From a bacterium (lineage in GTDB: Bacteria > Patescibacteriota > Doudnabacteria > UBA920 > VMFF01), in assembly GCA_021811585.1 (NCBI GenBank), contig JAJZOG010000014.1, positions 2,577 through 66,576 of the forward strand: DNA of 64,000 bases, given 5' to 3'. Of this stretch, positions 26,197 to 36,650 are shown in pieces (the stretch's first letter is position 1; every line of letters begins with the position of its first letter). The notes below the pieces were generated by a model that was not told where the DNA came from, did no database searches, and saw only the letters and a list, made by a program, of their open reading frames with translations. A program made the position numbers and the translations under genes.

Positions 26197-27438
26197 ATGT
26201 TTGAGACAAAGAAAATAAGAAAAACCGTTTATTTGGATTATGCGGCAACCACCTACGTTGATCCGAAAGTCGTTTCGGCCATGCAGCCGTATTTTTCCAA
26301 GGAATTTGGAAACCCATCCAGCTTATATGCCCTTGGCAGGAATGGGAAGCAAGCTGTTGGCGATTCCAGAGAAAAAATCGCGCGCATTTTGAATTGCCGG
26401 CCCGGTGAAATTATTTTTACCGCCGGCGGTACGGAATCCGTGAACATGGCGATTTTTGGCGCTGTAAATTATTCTTATCGGCAAAAGGGAGCGGCGCCGC
26501 ACATAATTACAAATAAAGCGGAACATCATGCGGTGTTGAGAAGTTTTGAGGAATTGGAGCGCCGCGGCGTTTCTTGCACTTATCTGGACGTGGATGGCGA
26601 GGGGTTTGTTGCTCCTGAAAAAATCATCGCTGCGATCCGCCCGGAAACAGTATTAGTGAGTGTAATGTATGCAAACAACGAGATCGGTACAATACAGCTG
26701 ATTGCGGAAATATCAAAACAGATCCAAAAAACAAACAAAGAGCGCGAGATTCGGGGGATGCCGCGAATTTTATTTCATAGCGACGCTTGCCAGGCGGCAG
26801 GATGTTTGGATCTTAATGTTCAAAAATTAGGCGTGGATTTTCTCAGTTTAAATGCCAGTAAAATTTACGGGCCCAAACAAATGGGGTTGCTTTATAAAAA
26901 ATCCGGAGCCAGTGTTGCACCTTTAATTTTTGGCGGGGGACAGGAAAGCGGTTTGCGTTCGGGAACTGAAAATGTTGCGGGTATCGTGGGTTTTGCCAGG
27001 GCTTTGGAGATTGCGGCTGAAATGAAAATTAAGGCAAATAAGCGGGAAAGGAATTTGCGCAATTATTTTATTGAGAAAGCATTAAATACCGTTGATGGGC
27101 TTGCGCTAAATGGCCCTGATATTAAAATCGACAGTGAAACCTCTCAGCGTCGTTTGCCGAACAATATAAATTTGTCTGTGGATGGCGTTGAGGGAGAAGC
27201 TTTGATGCTTTATTTGGACGCTTTTAATGTTTCGGTTTCAACCGGTTCGGCTTGTAGTACAGCGGAAGCTGATCCCTCGCACGTGCTTATGGCAATTGGA
27301 AAAACCAGGGAGCAGGCAGCTTCAAGTATTAGGATTACTTTAGGCAGAAAGACAAGCAAAAGGGATTTGAATTATGTGCTCAAAGTGATTCCGGAATTGG
27401 TTCAGGTTTTACGGCAAACTTCAAAAGCACTAAGCTAA
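26197..27438 (+). CDS. iscS: Cysteine desulfurase (NifS/IscS family, class V aminotransferase)
   Basis: YLDYAATT, TAGGTESVN, PLP-Lys region SLNASKIYGPK, active-site Cys in SVSTGSACS. Confidence 0.85.
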   Translation: MFETKKIRKTVYLDYAATTYVDPKVVSAMQPYFSKEFGNPSSLYALGRNGKQAVGDSREKIARILNCRPGEIIFTAGGTESVNMAIFGAVNYSYRQKGAAPHIITNKAEHHAVLRSFEELERRGVSCTYLDVDGEGFVAPEKIIAAIRPETVLVSVMYANNEIGTIQLIAEISKQIQKTNKEREIRGMPRILFHSDACQAAGCLDLNVQKLGVDFLSLNASKIYGPKQMGLLYKKSGASVAPLIFGGGQESGLRSGTENVAGIVGFARALEIAAEMKIKANKRERNLRNYFIEKALNTVDGLALNGPDIKIDSETSQRRLPNNINLSVDGVEGEALMLYLDAFNVSVSTGSACSTAEADPSHVLMAIGKTREQAASSIRITLGRKTSKRDLNYVLKVIPELVQVLRQTSKALS

Positions 27439-27528
27439 TCTATTCGTATCATAAAATAAAATCTGAATCACAAAAACTGAAAGTGCCAAAAAGTGCTAAA
27501 ATGAATTTGGAGGGAGAAAAATAGAATT

Positions 27529-28875
27529 ATGAAAAAGAAATTTTATATTTGGGCGAGTATTTTTGCGGGCATAGTGGTTATTGCGGCGATTTTATTAATT
27601 ATTGCGGCAAGGCACCAAAACATGCAAAGTGGGGGCAATGGTTTTTTATCAGCGCCCAAAATAGCGAAATTGCAGCCAAACGCCTTTGGAAAACTTAATG
27701 CCAGCACAACGGAACAGGGCAATGGGCAGGGTGCATTGGCAGCGGCAGCAGGTACGCCGGTTTCAAGCACAAACGCACAAAACGAAAGTGTCGCAGCTGC
27801 TGCCGGAACCGCGGGTGCGGGAATTGCCCAGAGATTAATTCCGTACCGTCCATATGAATATGTTTATGCGGGAGGGGAGTTGCCGAAAATTCCGAAGCAG
27901 ATGAATGTTTATGAGAGGAATCTATTGGCAAACAATAACAATACGGGAGAAGGGATGATTGGGGTTTTAAATAATTTGGGTTTTGGCCTTGCGGATTTAA
28001 CAAGTTTCAAAAACGCGGGAATCAATTCATTTACAATAACCCAAGATCAGCCATACGGATACGCTATAACCGTAAGTGTTCCGGACCAGAGCGTAAGCGT
28101 AAATATAAATTGGCAGGAATGGCCGCATCCGTCTCCGATACTGGGAGCAAATCCATTGGCAAGCAACAGCAGGGCATCTATTCCCAATGACGATAAAATT
28201 CTCGCGGATGCAAACGCATTTTTAAAAGAGCATAATATTAACGTTAACTTGTACGGCTCTCCCGAGGTTTTAAAAAATTCTTGGCCGCCAATTATGTCTC
28301 CTCAGGGCAGCGCATCTCAGGAGAACAGCGCGTCTCAGGGTAAATCCGCGGGTGCGCCAGGCATGCCATATTATCGGCCGCAGTCAGCTGAAGTTGTTTA
28401 TCCGTTGAAGATTGACGGAGGTGAAGTCTACATGCAGGGTGGAAATAAAACCGGCTTGACGGTCAGCTATGATTTTGCTTCCGGGAAAGTGAGTGGCGTC
28501 CAGGGATTGGATTCTCAAAATTATAAGGGTTCGCTTTATGGTCTTGAGACTGATGCCCAAAAAATTATTGCTCAGGCCTTGGGCAGTAACGGGACACCAA
28601 ACAAAAATGTCCAATCGCTAAAAATTGATTTGGGCACGCCATTCTTGACGTACGAACAGATGTGGAATTACACAAATTACCAAAATAATGAAATTTTTGT
28701 GCCAAGCTTGGTTTTCCCGGTGCAAAACGCGCCGCAGGGATATTATGGGCCCAAGTTTGTGCTGGTGGCATTGCCAGAAGATATTTTTAAAAACTCCGGC
28801 ATTAATAAAGTAATTGAACCAATGGCGCCGGGTTTTTCTCCGGCGGCGCAAGGTGCTGCATCGCCAAACAATTAG
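27529..28875 (+). CDS. Secreted/anchored hypothetical protein (N-terminal TM, 448 aa)
   Basis: Signal-anchor MKKKFYIWASIFAGIVVIAAILLIIAA; no recognizable catalytic motifs. Confidence 0.5.
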   Translation: MKKKFYIWASIFAGIVVIAAILLIIAARHQNMQSGGNGFLSAPKIAKLQPNAFGKLNASTTEQGNGQGALAAAAGTPVSSTNAQNESVAAAAGTAGAGIAQRLIPYRPYEYVYAGGELPKIPKQMNVYERNLLANNNNTGEGMIGVLNNLGFGLADLTSFKNAGINSFTITQDQPYGYAITVSVPDQSVSVNINWQEWPHPSPILGANPLASNSRASIPNDDKILADANAFLKEHNINVNLYGSPEVLKNSWPPIMSPQGSASQENSASQGKSAGAPGMPYYRPQSAEVVYPLKIDGGEVYMQGGNKTGLTVSYDFASGKVSGVQGLDSQNYKGSLYGLETDAQKIIAQALGSNGTPNKNVQSLKIDLGTPFLTYEQMWNYTNYQNNEIFVPSLVFPVQNAPQGYYGPKFVLVALPEDIFKNSGINKVIEPMAPGFSPAAQGAASPNN

Positions 28876-29022
28876 GGCGGGAGATGCTTAGGGGACGATA
28901 GAAAATAAAATATTCTTCGCGTCTTCTAATGTATCTTATGCGACACGTACATTGGTTGCATTTATTATCATCAAAGTTCGCGGGGGTCAAAGCTTTACAG
29001 GGTCAAAAGGAAAACGGCAATG

Positions 29023-30069
29023 CTAGCCGTTTTCATTTGATGCTGTCCATTGCGCGTGTATATGATAATCCGGGCGGCCCACGCAGGTATTTATATCTTT
29101 TTGGGCTTTAGGGCCGTTTAAATCAGTTAAATCAAGAACTAAAAATTGATGTTGGGAAACGCCCGGTAAATTACATTCAACCGCTGCTAGTAATAAGCCG
29201 TTGTTTTGGAGTTTTTGGAGAATTGCCGGTATTTGGTCCTTGCTTGATGGTACGAAATCAACGGCCTCACCGGCATAATGCGGATCATTTTGAGAAGCGT
29301 GGTGGCCGCTTGTGATAGAAGTTACGGATACTCTTAGATTATTGTTTGCTACTTCAATAAGCCCCTTAATCAAATTATCATCAATTGATGTTGTTCCTGC
29401 ATCGCATATTTTGCCCGGGCCGTCATATTGCGCGTCTTGGCCGGCTGCGATTGCCGACAAATTTAGCAGCGGCCCGTTTGGCGGGCAATCCGTGCCAGGC
29501 GCTAAAAGTATTTTACCCTCGCTTGCCAACTTTAAAAGCGCTTTTGCATTATCTTGGGTGCCCGCATCAGGAGCATTTGCCGCGACTTGCGGCGTTGTCG
29601 GTATAGTGCAATTATTGGCATCGCAATTTATGGGCGCAAGAGGTTCTACATTTATATTCGTGAGGTTGGGGTCAATGGTATTTAGGAATATATAAGATCC
29701 AAAAAGAATTACCAGCCCGAAAATCGTTGATCTTATGAATTCCTTGCCTTTTTCTTGTTTGCCGCTCATGTACATGTAACCGGCAAGCACAAACATCAGC
29801 ACTGCCACAAAACTGCCAATGCTGATTGCGAATATATAAACATTATTTAAGCACCTGGCAAAATTATATTGGGAAGTGTTACTGCTGTTGTCAGGAGTGC
29901 AAATCATGTCAAAGGTGTTTGAGGAGCTCGAATTCGGGCCTGATGGCGATGATCCCGAGGCAAAAGCCCGCGGTGTCAGGGATGTTATGAGGAAAGCTGA
30001 ATAAAATAAGGTAATGATTGCAAAGAGCAAAAGAGCTAATTTTTTTTCTGAATTTTTTATTTTTTTCAT
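29023..30069 (-). CDS. Membrane protein with C-terminal LAS/M15-like zinc-peptidase motif (putative peptidoglycan peptidase)
   Basis: Two TMs; SGHHASQNDPHYAGEAVDF resembles the H-x6-D ... H-x2-G-x-A-x-D zinc site of VanX/M15 peptidases. Adjacent to the M23 peptidase gene. Confidence 0.4.
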   Translation of the reverse strand: MKKIKNSEKKLALLLFAIITLFYSAFLITSLTPRAFASGSSPSGPNSSSSNTFDMICTPDNSSNTSQYNFARCLNNVYIFAISIGSFVAVLMFVLAGYMYMSGKQEKGKEFIRSTIFGLVILFGSYIFLNTIDPNLTNINVEPLAPINCDANNCTIPTTPQVAANAPDAGTQDNAKALLKLASEGKILLAPGTDCPPNGPLLNLSAIAAGQDAQYDGPGKICDAGTTSIDDNLIKGLIEVANNNLRVSVTSITSGHHASQNDPHYAGEAVDFVPSSKDQIPAILQKLQNNGLLLAAVECNLPGVSQHQFLVLDLTDLNGPKAQKDINTCVGRPDYHIHAQWTASNENG

Positions 30070-30124
30070 TTTATTAATAATAGTTTAGCAAATTTTTGGG
30101 AAAATCGGCAATAAACACATGAAA

Positions 30125-31468
30125 TTATGAATTTAAGAAATCCAGAGGATTATAGGAGTGGCCATATGGCACTTGGTATGGACCGTATTTGTTTTGGTAT
30201 TTTCCGGGCGCAATTCCAAAGCTCGAGGCGTCAAAAACGCTAAAATGCAAATGAAATCCCCGCTCAGGCCCGTAAAGAATGCGCGTCGTGTTCCCGGTGT
30301 TGCCTTCAAATCCAATTAAGTCCCCTTGTTTTACATTTTGTCCCGGCGTCACAATAAACGACATTAAATGTCCATATAAAGTAATAATCTGGCTGTTTTC
30401 TATTGCAATATTATGTTTGATTGCCACCCAATTTCCATAAGCCGCCTGCCCTGTTCCTGTCGCCTGCACCACCCCATCGGCAGCAGCATAAATTGGGCAT
30501 CCGGGCGGGCCGGCAATATCAACTCCATTATGAAAATCATAACCCAAAGCAGTGAACCCGGTGTTGCCGTATCCTTGGGTTATTATTCCTTGAAGCGGCC
30601 AAGCCAAAATGCCGCGTATGGGCGCAATGTTGCCGCCTTTTGCCATTGCTTGCTGGTTTAAATCCCCTATTTCTTGTGCGATTTCATTTTCTTCTGCTTG
30701 CGCGTTATTTAAAAGAACTTTGAATTTGTATTCCTGGCCTTTTGTGTCTGCAAGCAAGGCAACCTTTTGGGCTTTCTGGTCGCTTAAGCTCTGGTTGGCT
30801 CCTGTTAGCTGGGTTTTTAATTCGTTTAATTTTGCCAGCCGTTCGTGTAAATTTTGGTTATCGCTTTCCAGGTCAGCTTGCAATTTTTTTACGCCTATGA
30901 GAATATTATAAACTTTATTTTGAAGCGAGTGCGTGTATTGGATTTGATTGAGAAAATCCGAAAAATTGGAGGTGCCTAATTCCAGTTGAACTTGGGAGAG
31001 ATTGTCGTCTTTGTCGAGATTCACCAGCAAGTCCGCAAGCGTTTGTTTTTCCTGGGCAGCTTGCGCGGTTTTATCCGCGATTTGCTTTTGCACCGCTGCT
31101 ATTTGCAGGGCGTCATTATTTATATTTGTTTGGGTTGCCTGGAGCTGCAGTTCTGTTTCCTGCATTTCCAAATCATAAAGATTTATTTCGTTGCGCAAAT
31201 CCGCCTGCTGCTGCAATTTCTGAACCACTTGGTTTTGCAATTGGCCGATTTGTTGGTTTAATTGGCTGATCTGTGCCAGTTGTGATTGGCTGGGTTTTTT
31301 ATCTTGCGCCTGGGGTGCAATTCCCGGAAGATTTGAGCTCGCATGTAAAAAATGCCGCGGCACAACCAGGGCCGCGGTGATTCCTAAAATACAGAGAAAT
31401 AAGCTCCCTATCAAAATAAAAGAGGCGGCAGTAGAAATTTTTATTTTATTTTTGTTTCCAAACCGCAT
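30125..31468 (-). CDS. Coiled-coil M23 peptidase (EnvC/NlpD-like murein endopeptidase)
   Basis: N-terminal TM and a long Q/L-rich coiled coil. The C-terminal LytM domain has GYDFHNGVDIAG...GHLMS...GQNVKQGDLIGFEGNTG and HLHFSV. Confidence 0.8.
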   Translation of the reverse strand: MRFGNKNKIKISTAASFILIGSLFLCILGITAALVVPRHFLHASSNLPGIAPQAQDKKPSQSQLAQISQLNQQIGQLQNQVVQKLQQQADLRNEINLYDLEMQETELQLQATQTNINNDALQIAAVQKQIADKTAQAAQEKQTLADLLVNLDKDDNLSQVQLELGTSNFSDFLNQIQYTHSLQNKVYNILIGVKKLQADLESDNQNLHERLAKLNELKTQLTGANQSLSDQKAQKVALLADTKGQEYKFKVLLNNAQAEENEIAQEIGDLNQQAMAKGGNIAPIRGILAWPLQGIITQGYGNTGFTALGYDFHNGVDIAGPPGCPIYAAADGVVQATGTGQAAYGNWVAIKHNIAIENSQIITLYGHLMSFIVTPGQNVKQGDLIGFEGNTGNTTRILYGPERGFHLHFSVFDASSFGIAPGKYQNKYGPYQVPYGHSYNPLDFLNS

Positions 31469-31509
31469 ATTTTAAATCATTATACCATAAAATATGCGGA
31501 ATAAGAAAT

Positions 31510-33033
31510 TTATTCCAAAAATTTAATGGCCGCGCGCAATCTTGCGATAATTTCCTGCTTTCCGTAAACGCGGCACAATGCCGAAGCAATTTCAAAAGGC
31601 CCGGGAGATGCCTCAAGCCCGGATAATGCGGTTCTTAGCGGCCAAAGCACCGGGCCGTTTTCCAGGTTGTTTTCAGAGATAAATTGTTTAATTTTTGCTT
31701 CCAGGGTTTGTGCGGAGGCGAATTCTTTTTCATCCAAGTTTTCGAGAAATTCACAAACTGCCTGTAAATTTTTTTTAGTTTGCTCGAGGTTTGATTTTTT
31801 CCATATTAAAATTTGCGGGTTGTATTGCGGCCGGCTGAAAAAGTATTTTACCCTCTCCCCTATCTCCGAGAGTTTTTTGAGCCGTTCCTGTTCCAGTTTC
31901 ACTATGGATTCAATCGCTTCCTGGCTCAGCGCGTTTCCGTTTGCCGCCTTATAGCCGTTTTTATCCTTGGCAACCAAGCCGGCTTTTTCCAGGTATGGAA
32001 TAGTTTTTCGAGTGAGTTCGGGCAGGTCCATTTTTCTTATATACATGCCGTTCAGCCAATCGAGCTTTTCGACATCAAAGACAGCTCCCGCGCGGTTCAC
32101 TTTTTCAAAACTGAACTGCGCGGAAAGCTCGTCTATGGAAAAAAGCTCCTGGTCTGTTTTCGGGTTCCAGCCCAGCAAGGCCACAAAGTTTATGAGCGCT
32201 TCTTTTAAATATCCTTTTTTGAGATAATCTTCTACGGCAACATCTCCTTGGCGCTTGGAAAGCTTTGACCTGTCTTTGTTTAATATTAGCGGCAGGTGTG
32301 CGAATTTGGGAGGATCCCAGTTAAAGACCTTGTAAAGCAGCAAATGTTTGGGCGTGGACGGTATCCATTCTTCTCCGCGGATCACATGCGTAATTTGCAT
32401 AAGATGGTCGTCCACGACAACGCTGAGGTGGTAAGTCGGGAACCCGTCGGATTTCATAAGCACCTGGTCGTCCAAAGTTTTCGTATCAATTACAATTTCC
32501 TTATAAACCAAATCCTTCACAATCACTTGCGAATTTTCCGGTATTGCCTGGCGGATCACATAAGGCAAACCTTGTTTTAGGTTTGATTGCACTTGGGTTT
32601 GAGAAAGATAGCGGCATTTCTTGTCGTATTGGGGCGCAATTTTCATGGCTTCTTGCTGTTTGCGCAAATCCGCAAGGCGCCTCTCGTCGCAAAAGCAATA
32701 ATAAGCATGCCCTGTTTTAATAAGTTCTTGAGCGTACTCTTTGTAAATTTCCCTGCGTTTGGATTGCTGGTACGGGCCGAATTCTCCCTTATCAATAAGC
32801 CGTCCGTTTTGCACATCCACGCCTTCATTGTAATCCAGCCCCATGTCGTGCATGAGAAAAATTATTTTTTCGATGGCCCCTTCTATAAATCTTGCCTGGT
32901 CCGTATCTTCTATTCTTAAAACAAAGTCGCCTTTGTTTTGCCTGGAAAAGAGATAGCAGAAAAGCGCGGTTCTAAGTGAACCGATGTGCATGTATCCTGT
33001 TGGGCTTGGCGCAAAACGCGTTTTAACTTTCAT
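31510..33033 (-). CDS. gltX: Glutamyl-tRNA synthetase
   Basis: HIGS motif (PSPTGYMHIGSLRTALF), KMSKS-like KLSKRQG, RIEDTDQAR. Confidence 0.9.
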   Translation of the reverse strand: MKVKTRFAPSPTGYMHIGSLRTALFCYLFSRQNKGDFVLRIEDTDQARFIEGAIEKIIFLMHDMGLDYNEGVDVQNGRLIDKGEFGPYQQSKRREIYKEYAQELIKTGHAYYCFCDERRLADLRKQQEAMKIAPQYDKKCRYLSQTQVQSNLKQGLPYVIRQAIPENSQVIVKDLVYKEIVIDTKTLDDQVLMKSDGFPTYHLSVVVDDHLMQITHVIRGEEWIPSTPKHLLLYKVFNWDPPKFAHLPLILNKDRSKLSKRQGDVAVEDYLKKGYLKEALINFVALLGWNPKTDQELFSIDELSAQFSFEKVNRAGAVFDVEKLDWLNGMYIRKMDLPELTRKTIPYLEKAGLVAKDKNGYKAANGNALSQEAIESIVKLEQERLKKLSEIGERVKYFFSRPQYNPQILIWKKSNLEQTKKNLQAVCEFLENLDEKEFASAQTLEAKIKQFISENNLENGPVLWPLRTALSGLEASPGPFEIASALCRVYGKQEIIARLRAAIKFLE

Positions 33034-34325
33034 TTTTTCAATTCCTTGAATTTTTCCATTGCCAATTTAAACATTGGCAGGCGGGCTTTGTAAATTTTAT
33101 TTTCTATTTCTTCCGTAGTAAACCATTTGTAGTCGCTAAATTCCCTTTGGTCCAATTTTATGTCTTTGTCTTCGCCGGTAAATTTCAGGAAAAAAATTGT
33201 CTGCCGCTGGCCCCGGGTTTTCGTATATCTGCTGAAGAATTTTTCCCTGGCGAGATTCCAGTTATATTCGTAGGCCTTTTCCATTTTTCCGATTATTTCA
33301 AATTTATCCGTTCCCAGCCCTTCTTTCATTTCGCGCAGGACCGCTTTTTCCGGCATCTCCCCTCTCTCAATTCCGCCCTGCGGAATTTGCCAATGTTCTG
33401 TGCCGGGGAAATCCATGTTTTGCTTTTCCACCGATCTGTGCGCGAGCAGAATTTTATTTTCTCGGTTAATTATAACACTTGCGGCGTTTTCCCGGAATGG
33501 CATGTTGGCAAATACTTTGTAACGCAGTGCGCCGTTCAGAAAACCCAAGGTGGCGTGGAATATTCTTGTTGCCCTTTTCGGCTGGGTTAAAAGCCGGTAA
33601 AGCCATTCAAAGCCGGCTGAGCGGATAAATTTCGGTGCAAACCTCTTCTTGCCCGCGACATAATCAAAAGTTCCCCCAAGGCCAATCGCCACAGTGGCGG
33701 CGAACTTATTTTTGTTCTCGTAAATCCATCGCTCCTGCTTTTCAGGGCCATAAGCAACCATAAGGATATCGCATTTCGCGTTATTTATTTTTTCTATTAC
33801 AGAGAGGTCCGAAGGTCCGCGGTTTGAATATCCGGCTATTTTGATTTTTGGAAATTTTTTACGGAGTTTTTCGGCAACCGCTTCGGGAGTATCCCCGAAA
33901 CCTCCGAGCAGGAATATGCTATATCCGTTTTCACTTGCCAGCGCCGCAAGGTCCCAGAAAAAATCCGAGCCCGAGATTTTTTCAGGCACAATAATTTTTA
34001 TTAATTTTTTATTAAATATTGCCGCAAATCCTGTGCGGAAAATCTGCCAAAATGCCTGTATTATTTTGAGATAATAATTTTTTAATGTCAGCGGCATATA
34101 AAGATAATAAGATAGCCACAAGACAGATATGCCGTCAGGCAAGGCATAATCCGCGCTATTTAATATTTCTTTAAATTCCTGGTCAAAATAGGTTTTATGG
34201 AAAAACTCGGAATATGGCGTAACAATAAAGGTTTTTTCGCGCTTTTCCAGCCGTTTTTTTATCTCGGCAAGAATTTGAGCCCTGGTCTCGGTATTTATTT
34301 TTAGGCCCAAAAGATCGGTTTTCAT
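33030..34325 (-). CDS. Fusion of WecG/TagA/CpsF-family glycosyltransferase (N-terminal) and NUDIX hydrolase (C-terminal)
   Basis: The N-terminal 260 aa match the GT26 (WecB/TagA) pattern (VAYGPEKQERWI). The C-terminus has the Nudix box GGIERGEMPEKAVLREMKEGLG. 4-nt overlap with gltX. Confidence 0.65.
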   Translation of the reverse strand: MKTDLLGLKINTETRAQILAEIKKRLEKREKTFIVTPYSEFFHKTYFDQEFKEILNSADYALPDGISVLWLSYYLYMPLTLKNYYLKIIQAFWQIFRTGFAAIFNKKLIKIIVPEKISGSDFFWDLAALASENGYSIFLLGGFGDTPEAVAEKLRKKFPKIKIAGYSNRGPSDLSVIEKINNAKCDILMVAYGPEKQERWIYENKNKFAATVAIGLGGTFDYVAGKKRFAPKFIRSAGFEWLYRLLTQPKRATRIFHATLGFLNGALRYKVFANMPFRENAASVIINRENKILLAHRSVEKQNMDFPGTEHWQIPQGGIERGEMPEKAVLREMKEGLGTDKFEIIGKMEKAYEYNWNLAREKFFSRYTKTRGQRQTIFFLKFTGEDKDIKLDQREFSDYKWFTTEEIENKIYKARLPMFKLAMEKFKELKK

Positions 34326-34381
34326 GGCTGAATTTTAACATTTTTAATGGAAATAAACCATTTTTCGGGGTATAATGAGTT

Positions 34382-34675
34382 ATGCAGATAAGCGAAGAAT
34401 TTAAAAATAGATTTAATAAAAAGGGAAAGTCGCGATATTTGCACTCTGCAAATCACGTGCTCGCGGATGAACTTAGCCGTAAATTCAATGAAACCAAGCG
34501 TTTCGGGTTTTATTTGAGGATGGCGGAAAAATACGATCACAATTTGTTGCGCAGAATTGCCGGCGAGGTTTTGGAAACAAATGCAAAAAAACCTGGCGCA
34601 TTGTTTGCTTACTTGGCAAAGGCAGAAGGATTGAGATTAAAAAATGATTCTAAAAATAGCCACATATCCCAATAA
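34382..34675 (+). CDS. Small helical hypothetical protein (97 aa), possibly leaderless
   Basis: TATAAT lies 7 nt upstream of the ATG; 32-nt overlap with def; no known motifs. Confidence 0.3.
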   Translation: MQISEEFKNRFNKKGKSRYLHSANHVLADELSRKFNETKRFGFYLRMAEKYDHNLLRRIAGEVLETNAKKPGALFAYLAKAEGLRLKNDSKNSHISQ

Positions 34676-35126
34676 AATTTTAGAAACTCCATGCGAAGAG
34701 GTTGGGTTTCCCGTTCCGGATGCGGTTAGGCAGCTTATTAAAAATATGCTTGAAACCGTGCGCGATGCCAACGGCATTGGTTTGGCGGCTCCGCAAGTTA
34801 ATAAAAATTTAAGGATTATTGTCGTAAATTTGGAATACGCGGGAATCCCCGCTTTCGCGCTTATTAATCCCAAGGTGGCTTGGTCTTCTAAAAAAACAAC
34901 TGAAATGGAAGAGGGATGCCTTTCCATACCCGGTGTTTTCGGCATGGTTGAACGTCCGGAAAAAATCACTTTTAGCGGACAGGATATCAATGGCAAAATT
35001 ATTACAGCGCGATGCGGAGGCATTCTCTCTAAAGTTGTCCAGCACGAGATTGACCACACCAACGGCATCCTTATTTTGGAAAAAATAAAAAAATACACCC
35101 AAGGTAAGGAGCTGCTTAAGAAATGA
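34644..35126 (+). CDS. def: Peptide deformylase
   Basis: GIGLAAPQV, EGCLSIPG, QHEIDHTNG metal-binding motifs. Confidence 0.9.
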   Translation: MILKIATYPNKILETPCEEVGFPVPDAVRQLIKNMLETVRDANGIGLAAPQVNKNLRIIVVNLEYAGIPAFALINPKVAWSSKKTTEMEEGCLSIPGVFGMVERPEKITFSGQDINGKIITARCGGILSKVVQHEIDHTNGILILEKIKKYTQGKELLKK

Positions 35127-35659
35127 AATTTGCACGCGACATTTTGTTAATCAGCATTGAAGCAACCGGGCCGAACCCGGAAAAGGATTTCCCTCTCCAA
35201 ATCGGAGCCGTCCTTTTGGACAAGGACAATCTTTTGGAAAAGGCGTATTTCAACAGCTATATCCGTTTTCCGTTTTCGCAGGCAACCAATTTTCATATTG
35301 TGCAAACCTTGGGCATTTCAAAGGAACAATGGATTAATTCGCCGAATGTAAAAACGGTTTTGGCTGATTTTATCAGCAAGTTTCCATATAATGTCACTAT
35401 TGCCACGCACAACACCATTAATGTGAATTTTCTTCAGCGGGCCTTTAAGCTTGCTGATATGCCTTATGAATACGATTACCATATTATGGAAATTTGGACT
35501 TTGGGGTATTTTTATCTTTCGAAATTGAACAGCAGGAAAATTCCGACAGCCGAAACCCTCGGGCAATATTTCAACATTCGGCGTGAAAAAGAGCACGATG
35601 CGTTCGCAAATTGCCGTTTCATGGAGGAAATTTTTAAACAGCTTGTAAAGGCAATTTAG
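35123..35659 (+). CDS. DEDD-family 3'-5' exonuclease (DnaQ/oligoribonuclease-like)
   Basis: Exo I ILLISIEATG (D-x-E), Exo II HNTINVNF, Exo III EHDAFANC (H-x4-D). 4-nt overlap with def. Confidence 0.7.
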   Translation: MKFARDILLISIEATGPNPEKDFPLQIGAVLLDKDNLLEKAYFNSYIRFPFSQATNFHIVQTLGISKEQWINSPNVKTVLADFISKFPYNVTIATHNTINVNFLQRAFKLADMPYEYDYHIMEIWTLGYFYLSKLNSRKIPTAETLGQYFNIRREKEHDAFANCRFMEEIFKQLVKAI

Positions 35660-36628
35660 ATGCTATTCAAAAAAATTAAAAAAAAGGCAAGAATAATTTT
35701 CTTCGGCACCTCAGATTTTTCCGCGCGCATTTTGGAGAGTATCGCGGCAGAACACGAAGTCGCTGAGGTTATCACCCAGCCGGACAAGCCGGTTGGCAGG
35801 GATCACGAGCTTACCGCAAGCCACGTTGCCGCTGTTGCGGGAAAATTGGGCTTGGAAACCAGGAAGCCGGAAAAGCTCAAGGACAACCAAAAATTTGATG
35901 CGCACTTGCGCAGTTTGCAGCCGGATTTGTTCATAGTTGCAGCATACGGAAAAATAATCCCCGCAGAATTTTTGAAAATACCGCGCCTGGGATCTCTAAA
36001 CGTGCATCCTTCGCTCCTGCCAAAATACCGGGGGCCATCCCCAATCCAAGCCGCGCTTGTAAATCGCGAGAGGCGCACGGGCGTTACCATTATTTTAATG
36101 GATGAAAAGATGGATCACGGCCCTATTGTCTGCCAAAAATCGGCGTTTATTAAGACCTATGAATTTTACCGCACCCTGGAACAACGGCTTTGTGAGATTT
36201 CCAAAAAATTGCTTTTAAAAGCCATCAATCAGGCAATTAAAGGAAAGATGCGGCCAAAGCCGCAAAACGAAAACAAAGCCACTTATTGCCGCCTGCTCAG
36301 TCGCGAAGACGGCAAGATTGATTGGTCAATGGAAGTCGAAGATATTTTCAGCCGCTTTCGCGCTTATTTGGGCTGGCCGGAGATTTGGACAATTTTCGAA
36401 GGCAAGCGCCTAATAATAAAAAGCTGCGAACCGTTTTATGATATTTTTGATAAAGAAGACGGCCGGCATCCCGGCCTGGTTGTCGAACGCAATGAAAAAA
36501 TTTGCATTGCCTGCGGAAAATACAAGCTGGAAATTTTTGAGATTCAATTGGAAGGCAAGAGCACTGTCACGGTCCGCAGTTTCTTAAACGGTCATAAAGA
36601 TTTTTTGGGAGCTGTCCTGCCCAGCTGA
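35660..36628 (+). CDS. fmt: Methionyl-tRNA formyltransferase
   Basis: IIFFGTSDFS, SLNVHPSLLPKYRGPSPIQ (formyltransferase SLLP motif), C-terminal Fmt domain. Confidence 0.9.
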   Translation: MLFKKIKKKARIIFFGTSDFSARILESIAAEHEVAEVITQPDKPVGRDHELTASHVAAVAGKLGLETRKPEKLKDNQKFDAHLRSLQPDLFIVAAYGKIIPAEFLKIPRLGSLNVHPSLLPKYRGPSPIQAALVNRERRTGVTIILMDEKMDHGPIVCQKSAFIKTYEFYRTLEQRLCEISKKLLLKAINQAIKGKMRPKPQNENKATYCRLLSREDGKIDWSMEVEDIFSRFRAYLGWPEIWTIFEGKRLIIKSCEPFYDIFDKEDGRHPGLVVERNEKICIACGKYKLEIFEIQLEGKSTVTVRSFLNGHKDFLGAVLPS

Positions 36629-36650
36629 TTGCGCTGTTTTCGCTGCCGAT

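Noticed and set aside
34644-34675. Treating the 97-aa ORF (34382-34675) as spurious because of its 32-nt overlap with def
   Set aside because: I kept it as a low-confidence feature. The overlap is modest, and a TATAAT is positioned for a leaderless start. I do not claim a function.
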